A DNA stretch of 64,000 bases from Octopus sinensis (lineage: Eukaryota): contig NC_043012.1 of assembly GCF_006345805.1 (NCBI RefSeq), positions 33,666,001 through 33,730,000 on the forward strand. The letters are read 5' to 3'. Positions 24,925 to 37,939 of this stretch are shown piece by piece. The translations under genes and the position numbers were made by a program. The notes below the pieces were generated by a model, which saw only the letters and a list, made by a program, of their open reading frames with translations, did no database searches and was not told where the DNA came from. Numbering within the stretch: the first letter of the stretch is position 1; every line of letters begins with the position of its first letter.

Positions 24925-25474
24925 AGCATGTTGACTGTCCACTTTTTCGTGTTCAGTCCTTAATTGGTATATATAATATTTTAATCTTCGGATTCTTTTT
25001 AATGTGCTAGACCACTGGTTTTAATTGACTAATATCAATTTTTACCCTTAATTTTTAAATATGAAATATATGTTCTCAAACCGATAAATTGACTGCTGCT
25101 AATTATTAGCTGCAGGCTGGTTTTTCGAGTCTCAGCGCGCCAAAAGTAAAGGCATTTGAAAGATGCATCCGAACTTAATAGGTTGTACTTTTTGCATATG
25201 GGACTCCGGTACCGTTTTTCATCTAGTACAGCATACTATGCTCATAACAAACTGCGCTGACGAAGCTACAGATATCCTTGTGATATTAATAGCTGAAACC
25301 GTTCGTACGCAGGTGATTATTCCATTTCGTATATTTCTTTTGTCTTATCTATTGCTTTAGGTCGTGCTGAATTTTATTTTATTTTATTTGAGAACAAAAT
25401 CTTTGTGGAGAATGGCGATTTGACGTCTATATCTAGCATGTTGACTGTCCACTTTTTCGTGTTCAGTCCTTAAT
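24918..25474 (+). mobile_element. 510-nt HHR unit with 47-bp terminal redundancy
   Basis: The same 47-mer TATATCTAGCATG...GTCCTTAAT occurs at 24918-24964 and 25428-25474. (TA)n lies on both sides. Confidence 0.8.
25252..25312 (+). ncRNA. Canonical type-I hammerhead
   Basis: CTGCG-CTGACGA-AGCTA(...GATATC/GATATT...)TAGCT-GAAAC-CGTTC-GTA^-CGCAG. Predicted cut after 25307. Confidence 0.88.
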
Positions 25475-25622
25475 GGGATATATATATATATATATATATA
25501 CAATTTAGGATGGACCTTAACAGCCATTCGTCCACCAGAAAGAGCAGCCATAACTCACCACCGCCAAGTAGTAGTAATTCAGAAATTAGGTGAAAATTTA
25601 AAAACATTTACCCTAATTCATC

Positions 25623-25720
25623 TTTTAGACGATGCATCTTTTCTGTGTTATTAATGATTAAATTAGCTTAATTAAATTAAATTAAGCCAATCTACCATAG
25701 GTCACACTTCATCAGTAAAA
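25623..25720 (-). ncRNA. Type-I hammerhead with one core mutation (GAAAC to GAAAA)
   Basis: Same as 26093-26190 except G to T at 25639. Confidence 0.6.
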
Positions 25721-26092
25721 AACCTGGGAGAGACAAATATACACGAGGCGTCTGTATCGATGCCTCCGGAATCTGTCTTAAAATTTTCAAGACCGACGTA
25801 TTCGCCGCCAAACTTATCAGCAGTAAATATAACCTGCCGATTCAATCTCAGAATTATTCAGAAAATTATCAATTAGTCAATTTAGGGTAGCAAAAATTCA
25901 ATAGAAATTTATCGCTACCAGCGGCCTAGTGGAAAAGAGAAAATAGTCAAAGACTAATATATAAATATAACAATTTAGGAGTGACCTTAACAGGCCATTC
26001 GTCCACCAGAAAGAGCAGCCATAACTCACACCGCCAAGTAGTAGTAATTCAGAAATTAGGTGAAAATTTAAAAACATTTACCCTAATTCATC

Positions 26093-26190
26093 TTTTAGAC
26101 GATGCATCGTTTCTGTGTTATTAATGATTAAATTAGCTTAATTAAATTAAATTAAGCCAATCTACCATAGGTCACACTTCATCAGTAAAA
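26093..26190 (-). ncRNA. Type-I hammerhead with a large stem-II loop and 12-nt palindromic stem III
   Basis: Minus strand: TTTTA-CTGATGA-A-GTGT...ACAC-A-GAAAC-GATGCATC-GTC^-TAAAA. Confidence 0.8.
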
Positions 26191-27077
26191 AACCTGGGAG
26201 AGACAAATATACACGAGGCGTCTGTATCGATGCCTCCGGAATATCTGTCTTAAAATTTTCAAGACCGACGTATTCGCGCCAAACTTATGGCCAAACGAAT
26301 GGCCTGTTAAGGTCACTCCTAAATTGTTATATTTATATATTTAGTCTTTGACTATTTTCTCTTTTCCACTAGGCCGCTGGTAGCGATAAATTTCTATTGA
26401 ATTTTTTGCTACCCTAAATTGACTAATATATATATATATATATATTTCAAGACTGAGTTTCAAGACTGAGTGAAAATTGTCAAATTTGGTGTATTGATGT
26501 AAGTTTTCGTGCTGAATTCCATTTTGTGATTCATCTATTCAAGAAAAGATTTTTGAAAACTGTTATAGATGCTTAAATTTTGATAACATTTACCCAATCA
26601 GAAATCAGGACAAATATTTCCAGCGTGATAGATGTTTACCACGAAATGAAAGCTAACATTATTACAGTGATGAAGTTTTAAACAAAATGAAAATAATTAC
26701 GTCATATAAAGAGAGACAAAGAAGGAGAGAGTAGCATGTGTGAAATATATATAAAGAGGGAAGAGTGAGAGAGAGAGAGAGAGAGAGAGGTAAATATATA
26801 GAGAGAAAGGGAAAACGTAAAAGACAGAGACAGATAAACAGATATGGCAGAGAGAGGATTCAGTGGAGAGGAGGTTTATATCATATATTTTTTGATTATT
26901 ATTTACCGAAAGATTTTCATTTACGACGCAGATTTCGGAAATCAAAAATGAAATTTTTTTTTTTCTCAAGAACGTACCGTTTCAGAAACGTTCGGCGCTA
27001 TATATGCATTCATACACATAAGCTCTCATTTATATAGTTGATATGTAACATAATATAATATAATATAATATAATATA

Positions 27078-27268
27078 ATCGTTAGCCACTACAGGCATTT
27101 TTTTCTTTCCTTGTTTCTCTCCTTGTTTTTTCTGTGTCCCTTTCTGTAGAAGAGCGTAGGCTCGAAACATAAAATACTTTTTCTATTCCTGAGCGTTATA
27201 CTAATACATCTATTTGTTTTGTACACCACCTGTCTTCATCTTTTGTTTTTTTTTCGTAAAATCTCCCT
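27078..27268 (+). mobile_element. HHR-bearing repeat family 1A (degenerate HHR 27140-27175)
   Basis: Near-identical to 9048-9238. CTGTAGA core, GAAAC-ATA. Confidence 0.72.
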
Positions 27269-27270
27269 AT

Positions 27271-27301
<31 letters not shown>

Positions 27302-28307
27302 CATCTGCCTGTCTATCTTTCTATTACCCTCTCAATAAAATTCTCTTCTCTCTCTTTTTCTCTCTCTCTTTTCTCTCTCTCTCCCTCTCTCTCCCCTGCT
27401 TTCGCACGCACACACACATACACACGCGCGCGCCTCATGCTTATTGGTTTCGGTATATTACCTTCTCTCTTTCTCTCTCCCTTTTTTCTCCTCTTTCTTC
27501 TTTCCTTCTTTTTCTCTTCTCTTTCTCTTTCTCAATCTTTCTTGCGTTCTCCCTTCCCACGTGTCTCTCTCTGCCACACTGCTTCTTGCTCCTCTTTCAG
27601 TCATTCAACTGTGATTCAATACTAGAAACCAAAATTTATATGAAAATAGACGCATTTTGTAACTAGCCCAGTCTAACTATGCACCCCCCACACACACACA
27701 AGTACACACACACACACAAGTACACACACACACACAAGTACACACACACACACAAGTACACACACACACACACACACACATATACGTAAACGGATGCATT
27801 GAAACACGCATAAACCGATGCATATAAATCCACCCACCCACACATACACATTAGACGGACGTACTATAAATACAAACAAACCTCTACGCCCCCAGTCATA
27901 TACACATGCACACACACACACACACATACACATATATGAATGTGTGTGTCTTTCCAGAAATATCTTATATATATACATACACACTTTAAAAGACACCCAC
28001 ATATTTACACACGCGCATATATTTGCACACATGCACACCATCATGCATACAAACGATGCACATAAACACATGCATATACAAACACACATACACACACGCA
28101 CATATAGATATATGTGTGTGCGTGTGTGTATGTGTGTATCTATTTAATATTTAGGGAATCTTCTATACAAACAAGTACTTTTAAAGACACACTCACTCAC
28201 ACTCACCCACACACTCACATACACACACATGCATATACAAGTATACTTACATATATACATATACATTTAGAGAATCATTGACACTACACACACACACACA
28301 CACACAC

Positions 28308-28341
<34 letters not shown>

Positions 28342-28660
28342 CATATATATATATTTATATTTAAAGATGCACACGCACACAACCCTTCACACATACACTT
28401 AGACACATACACATACACACACATACACTCACACACACTTTTATACACGCGCACACGCACAAACACTGCGTAGACATTGATACTCCATTTCATTCCAGCC
28501 ATCATGAGACAGACTAGAGGAGAGTATCAGTGACGAGGTCAAAGGTGGCCAACACAGGATTTAGGTTTTATTAACGATGAAATAGGAGAAAGAAGAAATA
28601 CTGAAGGAAAGTAAGGGGGGGGTTGATGTGCGCACACACACACACACACACACACATATT

Positions 28661-28711
<51 letters not shown>

Positions 28712-29061
28712 GTATGTATGTAAGTATGTATGTACACTATTTGTATATATATATATATATACAATGTTTGTGAGGCTGTATGAAGGGGCGTGTGTATGGA
28801 CGTGTACCTAAGAGAGTGTCTGTGCAAAGATGACGTGTGTGTGTGAGTGTGTGAGTGTGTGCGTGTGTGCCTAAGTGTATGTATATGTGTGTGAACAGCT
28901 TTTAACTCATACTTGTTTTCATCGCAGGACTGCGGGTCCGATGAGGCCTCGCCTTCATCGGTCCGGTCTTGTCCAGTTGCACCCGACCAATCCCTGCTTA
29001 TTATCCCTTCGATTCTAGTTTTACATGGGATGGACCTACATAGCAGCCCCTGATATCATAT

Positions 29062-29462
29062 ACTCTCTCTTTTACTTGTTTCAGTCATTTGACTGCGGCC
29101 ATGCTGGAGCACCGCCTTTAGTCGAGCAAATCGACCCCCCAGGACTTATTCTTTGTAAACCTAGTACTTATTCTATCAGCCCCTTTTGCCGAACCGCTAA
29201 GTTACGGGGATGTAAACACACCAGTATCGGTTGTCAAGCGATGTTGAGGGGACATACACAGACACACACATACACATGTATATATACATATACATATATA
29301 TGACGGGCTTCTTTCAGTTTCCGTCTACCAAGTCCACTCACACGGCTTTGGTCGGCCCGAGGCTATAGTAGAAGACACTTGCCCAAGGTTCCACGCAGTG
29401 GGACTGAACCCGGAACCATGTGGCTGGTAAGCAAGCTACTCACCACACAGCCACTCCTGCGC
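29062..29462 (-). mobile_element. SINE family II, full length
   Basis: Complete match to the family, from TTTTACTTGTTTCAG to CAGCCACTCCTGCGCC. Confidence 0.88.
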
Positions 29463-30189
29463 CGTATGTTTATAATTAAATATTATTAGGAATGAAACAA
29501 AAATGCAATAAAGGACATTAAAACGTTCGAACAAATAGACGATACAAAGGCGGACAAGAGAAGCAACAATTGGAAGGACAGGAAAAAAAAGACGGGTCAT
29601 TCGTGGCTTTCTTTCCTCAGTCAAGTTCCAGAAGTCACGACCATTTCGGGCAGTTACACTTGAGTTGGTTCGATCTGGTTGCCCCCAAAAAAGTCTACGC
29701 TAAGAGCATTAGACCCCTTTGTAGCGAATGTGTACGGCAACAAAGACCAAAAAACAAACAAAAAAAACAGGGGACATGGTAAACAATTACGAATAAAAAC
29801 AACAAGAAATAACAACAGGTGTCTTTCGACTGAGAACGAATCAAAATGAGCTGTCGTGTATGAAGTGAAAGCCTAAAGGCAGGAACATAGCAGATGGACA
29901 TAAAAAATACTGGCTGGCCGGACACCGGTCACGTGGAAGGAGGAAAGTTGGGTAGGGGGCAGCGGGATTGAAGGATTAGAAAAAAATCAGTGACAAAGAG
30001 AAAGATACAGGGGAGATAAACGAGTGGAAAATAGCGGAAGTTTAAAGAGAAGGCTAAGAAATGTGAGAGAGGGGGAGCGAGAAAAAGGAAGAAAAATGAG
30101 AGGGGGATGAAAGATAGAGTAAGAATCGTACAAAATTTAGATACATACCTACTATAAGCTGAGCACAAGAGTGTACGTGCGCAGCTATG

Positions 30190-30255
<66 letters not shown>

Positions 30256-30390
30256 TGTGTGTGTGTACGGATGTATTTGTGCATGTGTATGAATATGTGT
30301 TTATGTGCATCCGTTTACTTGTGAGATTTTTGCTGCCCTGGTAACTATTTTTTTTTCCGCGTTAATTGTTAACAAGGTAAAAATACACTC

Positions 30391-30428
<38 letters not shown>

Positions 30429-30515
30429 AATCCAAACGGGAAAACAGAAAAAACAACAACACGTGGAACAATTACAGTATTATTATTAATAGGCGCTCAG
30501 GAAAGATGGAAGCAG

Positions 30516-30555
<40 letters not shown>

Positions 30556-31819
30556 GGAACAAAAACGCAATAGAGGACATTAAAACATAAGTATATATAT
30601 ATATAAGTTTATATAGATTTTTGCAGTCATTTTTGTACGTTTGTCGCAAAAAAATTTAGCGCCATGAAGTTATTCCAATTCGTTTTTCGATTATTCAATT
30701 TCGCTCTTCGGTCAATGAATTTAGCATTTACATCATTCAAATTAAAATACCCGTGGAGAGCATTGAAATTAGTGGGAATGCGAAGAAGCGTCTTTTCAAA
30801 CATTCAAATTCGTTTCGGTGCAATCTGTTAAACACTTCGGGCAATCAAAATTAGTGCGATTAGTGCGATAGCTGTTTTGGTTTTATCTCATGATCATTGT
30901 TATCTTAATCATGATAACAGTCATCTATTGTTTATGCTTTAAGCACTCTATCCTGCCCATGTCTTTTCTATGTGTTCTTTTATTTTTGCAAAGATACATG
31001 TATTTATTGTTAAAGACTTCATGAAATCGCATTCCTGCCTTTTCAAACTTTTTAAAGAAACTCACAATTACAACAAATGCTCATTTTCTTAGATTTTAAA
31101 TATATTATGTTGTGATATGTGTTCTTACTTTGCATAATATGTCTTGTTGAGAAAAATATATATTTCTTTGATTTTGCATTTTCTTTTCTATCATGGAGGA
31201 AAGGGTGCTATGTACACTAAAATAATTATTGATTTTACAGCCTTGATAAGGAGAGTTCGTTTGAGAGGATTTAGCCGTACTTTTCCTGGCGGGTAAAGCA
31301 TCTCGGGGGGTACATCTGGGTGTGTGTATACCAACGAACACAATTTTCTGGAGTGATAACGTCGATGTTACGCCTTTTCGACCTGTTGTATGACATGTGC
31401 TCGCCATTCTTCCACTAAACTTATTGATGCTTTTTTTTATAGTTCTTTATATATTTATTTTTTTTTTGCAGTCCCATTTCATCGCTTTCCATAAGCTGGC
31501 TGTCTTTTTTTGTGGCATGACGTATTGATATCATTAATATATTAAAGTAGAGACATTTCTGCTGCATCAAGATGCATGATGCAGTGTTTCCCCCTATTAG
31601 TACTACTGTGTGCCAAATAATCTCTGCTCTAAATCTACCACCCACGAATAAGTCGAAACAGGGGCAGCTGAAGAAGGGGAATGTTCCTTGTGTTGTATGT
31701 TTTGTACTCTTTTTTTTTTTGTTGTTTAAAAAAGTCCGTTTCCATGTTTTGTTTTTATGTTTTCGTTTCTCGTTATGTTCTACGTTTTTTGTGGTGTCCT
31801 GTACTCATATACTCTTTCT

Positions 31820-32626
31820 CTCTCTCTTTTACTTGTTCCAGTCATTTGACTGCGGCCATGCTGGAGCACCGCCTTCAGTCGAGCAAATCGACCCCGGGAC
31901 TTATTCTTTGTAAGCCCAGTACTTATTCTATCGGTCTCTTTTGCCGAACCGCTAGGTGACGGGGATGCAAACACACCAGCATCGGTTGTCAAGCAATGTT
32001 GGGGGGACAAACACAGACACACAAACATACACACACATACACATATATATATACATATATACGACAAGCTTCTTTCAGTTTCCGTCTACCAAATCCATTC
32101 AAAAGGCATTGGTCTCGGGGCTATAGCAGTAGTAGACACTTGCCAAAGATGCCACGCAGTGGGACTGAACCCCGGAACCATGTGGCTGGTTAGCAAGCTA
32201 CGTACCACACGACCAACTTTTTCTCTTTCTACTTGTTTCGGTCATTTTGACTGCGGCCATGCTGGTGCACCGCCTTTAATCGAGCAACTCGACCCCGGGA
32301 CTTATTCTTTGTAAGCCCAGTACTTATTCTATTGGTCTCTTTTGCCGAACCGCTAGGTGACGGGGATGCAAACACACCAGCATCGGTTGTCAAGCAATGT
32401 TGGGGGGACAAACACAGACACACAAACATACACACACATACACATATATATATACATATATACGACAAGCTTCTTTCAGTTTCCGTCTACCAAATCCACT
32501 CAAAAGGCATTGGTCTGCCCGGGGCTATAGCAGTAGACACTTGCCCAAGATGCCACGCAGTGGGACTGAACCCCGGAACCATGTGGCTGGTTAGCAAGCT
32601 ACGTACCACACAGCCACTCCTGCGCC
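31820..32626 (-). mobile_element. Two tandem SINE family II copies (31820-32212 and 32228-32626)
   Basis: Both share private variants such as CGCTAGGTGACGGGGATGCAAAC, ACGACAAGCTTC and GAACCCCGG. Confidence 0.85.
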
Positions 32627-32958
32627 TGATGCATGTATATATACATATAGATGTAGGTATGTACATATATGTATGTATGCATATGTTTTATATATATATA
32701 CATATATATATATGTATATATATAATATATATATATATAATATTATAATATATATATATATATATAATATATATATATAATATTGTATGTGTGTATGTGG
32801 TGTATGCGTGTATATATATTTGTAAATATATGTGCATGTATAAATATGTGTATGTATGAATGCATATTTATATAAATGTATGTATATGTGTGTTTGCTAC
32901 AAGCAACGTGGTGTGTGTGTGTGGTGTGTGTGTGTGTGTGCGTGTGTGTGGTGTGTGC

Positions 32959-33008
<50 letters not shown>

Positions 33009-34049
33009 GTGTGAGTGTGATGTGTTAAACGTATGAGTAGTAGAGGCATAATAAATTTAATCAGTTCTCCAACAGTAAAAATCTAAGATTTCATCCAAAA
33101 TATGGACTTCGACAGGGTAACTTAACCTGTTAGAAATAACAGCTAAAATTCTGCCAAACGTCTCAATACTACCTTCAGAAAGGAGGACATGCTGGAATTA
33201 GATACATAATATTGGTTTGGAACGAACTGGTCGGTCGTTCCATATTCTATGTACGGAGTCAACGACATCGTTCTTACTTTTCTAGACACTTCATCTAATT
33301 ACTAGATTAATTAATCAACTAATTAATTAAATAGTGTTTGTACTTCTTAAGAATAGTTTCGAATGTTCGCATTTTCATATTTAAAAAATTCTTATACATA
33401 ATATATAAATATGGTTATAACCTGCAAAAATCTAATTTTTCCTATGTACTAATACACTCTCGTATGATGATAAACTTATATGATAAAGAAAATATCATAA
33501 TACGTGTATAAATGTAATTTTCCGCATATAATACAATATTATATGGGTCTAAACTTATAAAAAAATATAATAATAAATGTAATTTTCCTCTAAAATCGTT
33601 GCAAGTTCTACGGTTGAGATAAGCGTTATCTAGTTCTCTAGAACGAGGTTACTGTTAACTTAATATTTGATTTGCATTGCTAAAGTCATAATGTATCATA
33701 ATATAATTATTATTCTCAGTATGCATACAGTACTTCTCAGCAGCCAAACTAGCACCATTAATTTTAATTAAGACAGAAGCCTGATGAGTCACACGATTGT
33801 CAAGAAATGGTATCTTATCTAACTAGTGCCACAGCAAAATTGAAAGTACATTTATTTGGCCTACTACGTCTAATATGATAGTTTTTTGTTGAAGATATGT
33901 CAGGAGAACAAAAATTATTTGAGGTTGAAGATTTAAATATCAGTAGTACAGCTTTTCTAAAGACATACCAAGCACATTTTTTTTAATAAATTTCAATTAT
34001 TTTAAAAATACTTTATTAATGTCAATTTTTAGAAAATTTTAATTACACA

Positions 34050-34450
34050 AAGGCGCAGGGGTGGCAGTGTGGTAAGTAGCTTGCTTACCAACCACATGGT
34101 TCCGGGTTTCTTCCCACTGCGTGGCACCTTGGGCAAGTGTCTTCTACTATAGCTTCGGGCCGACCAAAGCCTTGTGAGTGGATTTGGTAGACAGAAACTG
34201 AAAGAAGCCCGTCGTATATATGTATATATATATGTTTGTCTGTATATGTTTGTGTGTCCGTATTTGTTCCCCCCAACATCGCTTGACAACCGATGCTGGT
34301 GTGTTTACGTCCCCGTCACTTAGCGGTTCGGCAAGAGAGACCGATAGCATAAGTACTAGGCTTACAAAGAATAAGTCCTGCGGTCGATTTGCTCGACTAA
34401 AGGCGATGCTCCAGCATGGCCGCAGTCAGATGACTGAAACAAATAAAATA
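34050..34450 (+). mobile_element. SINE family II, full length, sense orientation
   Basis: Head GGCGCAGGGGTGGCAGTGTGGTAAG with box A/B-like motifs, and an A-rich tail. Confidence 0.88.
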
Positions 34451-35931
34451 ATTAAAAAATTATAAAATAAAATAAAATAAATAATACACAATACACAAGA
34501 CTCCATAATCTCAAATGAGGTGAAGAATGTCACCAGTGCCATGATGAACAGTAATCTTATACCTTCACCGAAAGCCTGATCAATCAAAAAAAAAAGAAAG
34601 AAAAGAAAAGAACTGTGTTTTATTTAACGGTACTCTTTGAATTGAATTTCTCAAGTTAAACTGATGAGGCTATAGTTGGCGATAATAAGCTCCCTTTCAT
34701 GTTAATGGAAGCTATGTATTACAAGGAGATGCAGTGTTTGTAAAATACATAGAAACTAATAAAAAACCAGGGGAATACATTTTTATTGCTTTAAGATCCT
34801 GGTTTGATGAAAATAAAGTTCCATTAGGAAGTCTGTTATCAAGTGCAACTAACAGCGCCACCTGAAATAGTCGGAAGATATAAAGATATAAAGGCGTCGG
34901 AGCATATTTGAAAGAAAAACATGTTTAGGAATCATTTCAATACATCGCCTACAGTACACAGTCTGTAGTAAAAAAAAATACAAAAGCTAATGTTGAGTCC
35001 ACATGTACATTATTTAGCGCGATTGTTAAAACAATGATTAAAATGAAACCACACAGCAAATATGATGATAGATTCAGGAAGTTTTGCTTTGATGGAAATG
35101 GACAATATATGAAACTTCTATTATATACGGAAATCCGACAGTTCTCCAAAAGGAAATTACTTAGCAAGATTTATCTTTTCGATGTCATACTTAACTTTGT
35201 AGAGACTGAAGTGTACGCAGATATTGATAAAAAAATAATAAAACATAAAATATCTTTACCTCGCTTGGATATTTCGAAAGCTTAATGATGTACCATTTTT
35301 CACTTAAATGAAAATTTATGATGTTGCTTATTCGTATAAAGTATTGGAAATATCTTGAAATAAATTTACTTAAAAAATATTTCAGAACATACCTGAGCTG
35401 GCATAAATTTGTTATTCATTTAACAAAACGGATCTTAAAATATATTCCGGAGATTTTATCATCATCAAAAACGGATTTTCCTTTCAAGTAAAATCACGGA
35501 GAAGAAACTCATTTATTGCGATATTGGTTCACCTGCAGAGAAAATTCAAAAAGAATTAATTACAATGCAATGATAACTCAGACTCCATGAATGATGAAGA
35601 AGAAACACTGAATACTGGTCAGTAAAAGACTTTATATTTAGAGATTTCTCAAAATCGATTGGCACCACGAAATCCATTGTTTTTACCCAAAAGTTTGCGC
35701 CATGTATAAGCGAATCCGATCAAGAGCAAACTAGGGCAAAGAACATGATTCTTTTTGTAAGGCTACACTCACACACTGGTTATTTCTCTCTTCATCGTCA
35801 AGTATGTGTCTTTGGAAGGAAATGATTTTAAAGGTGGCGAAGATATAAGAAAGAACAGTAGAACTGATGTGGACTCGAGAAAAATATACTATTCAACGGA
35901 GAGCTAACGAAGTAAAATATCGAAATAAATA

Positions 35932-36843
35932 CAGTACCGTGAAAAGGTTTTCTGCTACTTTAAAATATTGTAAATTTCTACTAATTGCTAACTTAGTGGA
36001 TGGTGGATCTTTTGCATCTACTAATTTCTAATAAGCGAGAATTTGTCCGAAAGCCTCAAGGAGAGCGAAACTACCTACGTTACACGACGAAAACAGTGAA
36101 GTTTGGAGGTAAGAGTTTGATGCTTTGGGGATACATAAAAAGAGATGGTTCAAGAAAGGTCGTTGAAATTGACAGTAACTTGAATAGTGCCAAATACATC
36201 CAGTTGCTAAAGAACAGTTTGGTACCAGATTTGGATGAAGGTGAGATTTTTCAGTATGGCGGAGCTCCATGCCACAGATCACGCGCAACACAAGAGAGTC
36301 TGGTTGATGAAGGTGTTGTCGTATTGAAAGATTGGCCAGATCAGAGCCCTAATTTAAATATCATCGAGCAAATGTGAACAGAACAAAAGAGAAGAGTTTG
36401 TCAGAAGAGTCCACGCAATCTTGAAGTGTTGTGGGAGAATGGCATCTCATGTCTGTGAAGGTTTTGTACGAATCTCTTCCCAAGCGCATTGAAGCAAATA
36501 TTCAAGCTAAGGGAAGCCACACGAAATATCAACAACGTGCAGTCATCTTGAAATGAACATTATGTAATAAATTTTCACTAGAGACATTCTGTTTTAAAAC
36601 ACGGTATTTTGATTGGTTTATGTGAGGTGGCCGAAAACTTTTGCCCGGCCATTTTTGGCAGTCGTCTCGAATCTTCCCCTGTCATTCAGAACCCCTACTA
36701 GAAAAGATAACGATTAGGTATGGAAATGACTCCAACAGGGCCAGTGTTTCATCTGTCAAAAACGCAATGCGAAAATCCACTTATAAGTTGGCCATAGAAA
36801 TTTACAATAGTTTAAAGTGACCGAAGACTTTTGCACGATGCTG
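35932..36843 (+). mobile_element. Internally deleted Tc1 element with TIRs
   Basis: TVKFGGKSLMLWG...EIFQYGGAPCH...DWPDQSPNLNIIEQM...AKGSHTKY. Ends TA-CAGTACCGTGAAAAGG and CTTTTGCACGATGCTG-TA. An inner TIR-like repeat lies at about 36628-36650. Confidence 0.85.
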
Positions 36844-37244
36844 TAAGTGAAAGGTTTTTAGAAATGACATGCAATACACCGAACTAATCGTTTTGTTGAG
36901 AATTTCGGGCAGTAGAAGTCAATCTATATCTGAGGAAGATCGCTCAGCCACTCTAAGTATCTTTGAAATTATTAGTAATACGAACTGACAGAGTTCTATA
37001 ATTCTCATTGTCTCGAGTGGTGCGCGCGTGGGTAAATATATAAACGAAAATAACATGACAGAAGACAAAGTCAAATCAAAGTGAAGCACAATAAGAAAAG
37101 AAGAAGAAGAAGAAGTAGCATTGATACTTCAAGTTTCAGCGTTTTTTTGTTTTTGTTTTTGTCCAACGTTTGTCAAACTTTCGAAATAAATGGAAAAAAG
37201 AAGGAGTGCCATAAAGAAAAGCGTTGTAGTTGGTGTGATGTATG

Positions 37245-37565
37245 TTTGTTTGTTGAGCGAAGCACGATCGCGCCTCTGTAGTGGGAGAAGTCCGAAACGT
37301 GGTCCTTTGCTATTCGTAAGACCCGCAGAAGAGAAAGCAAGTCGACCCTCGACACCGAGAGCATCGACGGATGGAAGGAAGAAAGAGTGAGAGAAAGTTG
37401 GAGCGAAAGAGCGCAACAGGGGTCGCCACCACCCCCTGCCAGAGTCTCGTGGAGCTTTAGGTGTTTTCGCTCAATAAACACACACAACGCCCGGATTGAG
37501 AATCGAAACCGCAACCCTCCGACCACGAGTCCGCTGCCCTAACCACTGGGCCATTGCGCCTCCAC
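37245..37565 (-). mobile_element. tRNA-derived SINE family III
   Basis: Minus-strand head GGAGGCGCAATGGCCCAGTGGTTAGGGCAGCGGACTCG...GGTTTCGATTC (A and B boxes), with an (AAAC)n tail. Confidence 0.82.
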
Positions 37566-37939
37566 TTCGTGTGATGTTGAAATAGTCGGCTACTGGAATA
37601 ACTGGAAGTGAGGGGGGAGGTAATAGGTTTCACATATCCAAAAATAATAGGTGAGATAGCGATAAACCAATGTACATGAATGTTTGTGCATCTGCACATG
37701 TATCTGTATGTATGACCATATGCTGCTAAGGTGCATGTTGTGTTTTTCAGTGTTACCGAGTGCATAATGAACCTGGAATGAATGCATGGACTAGTAGAAA
37801 TGCATCGGAATGTCTCTGCATGTGTTATGACATGTGGATACGCTAGTATGCACGGACATAAAAACAAAGAGAGAAGGGGATGATTATTTGTTCTCCTGGG
37901 AGTCTTGCATTGAAACGAAAAAGCACTCAAACAAGAATA

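Larger units (their letters stand above)
25501..26427 (-). mobile_element. 470-nt tandem HHR unit (about 1.7 copies) with a 5' inverted segment
   Basis: Copy starts at 25501 and 25971. The second copy ends at 26288. About 26296-26427 is the reverse complement of about 25872-26002. Flanked by (TA)n. Confidence 0.82.

Noticed and set aside
31820-32626. Tandem SINE II pair as a dimeric element
   Set aside because: The copies share private variants and differ mostly by indels, which fits local duplication or an assembly artefact rather than a new family.
33781-34690. Isolated CTGATGAG heptamers (33781, 34661; also 351 and 42766)
   Set aside because: No correctly placed stem II plus GAAA, or truncated by (TA)n. 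Expected by chance.
37280-37312. GGA/TCC-GAAAC-GTG-GTC in SINE III (also about 10045-10068)
   Set aside because: There is no CTGANGA or stem I, and it lies antisense to the SINE.
37480-37565. tRNA gene call for tRNA-like heads (also 5097, 34050)
   Set aside because: They have A/B boxes but no complete cloverleaf, and they continue into multi-copy SINE bodies.
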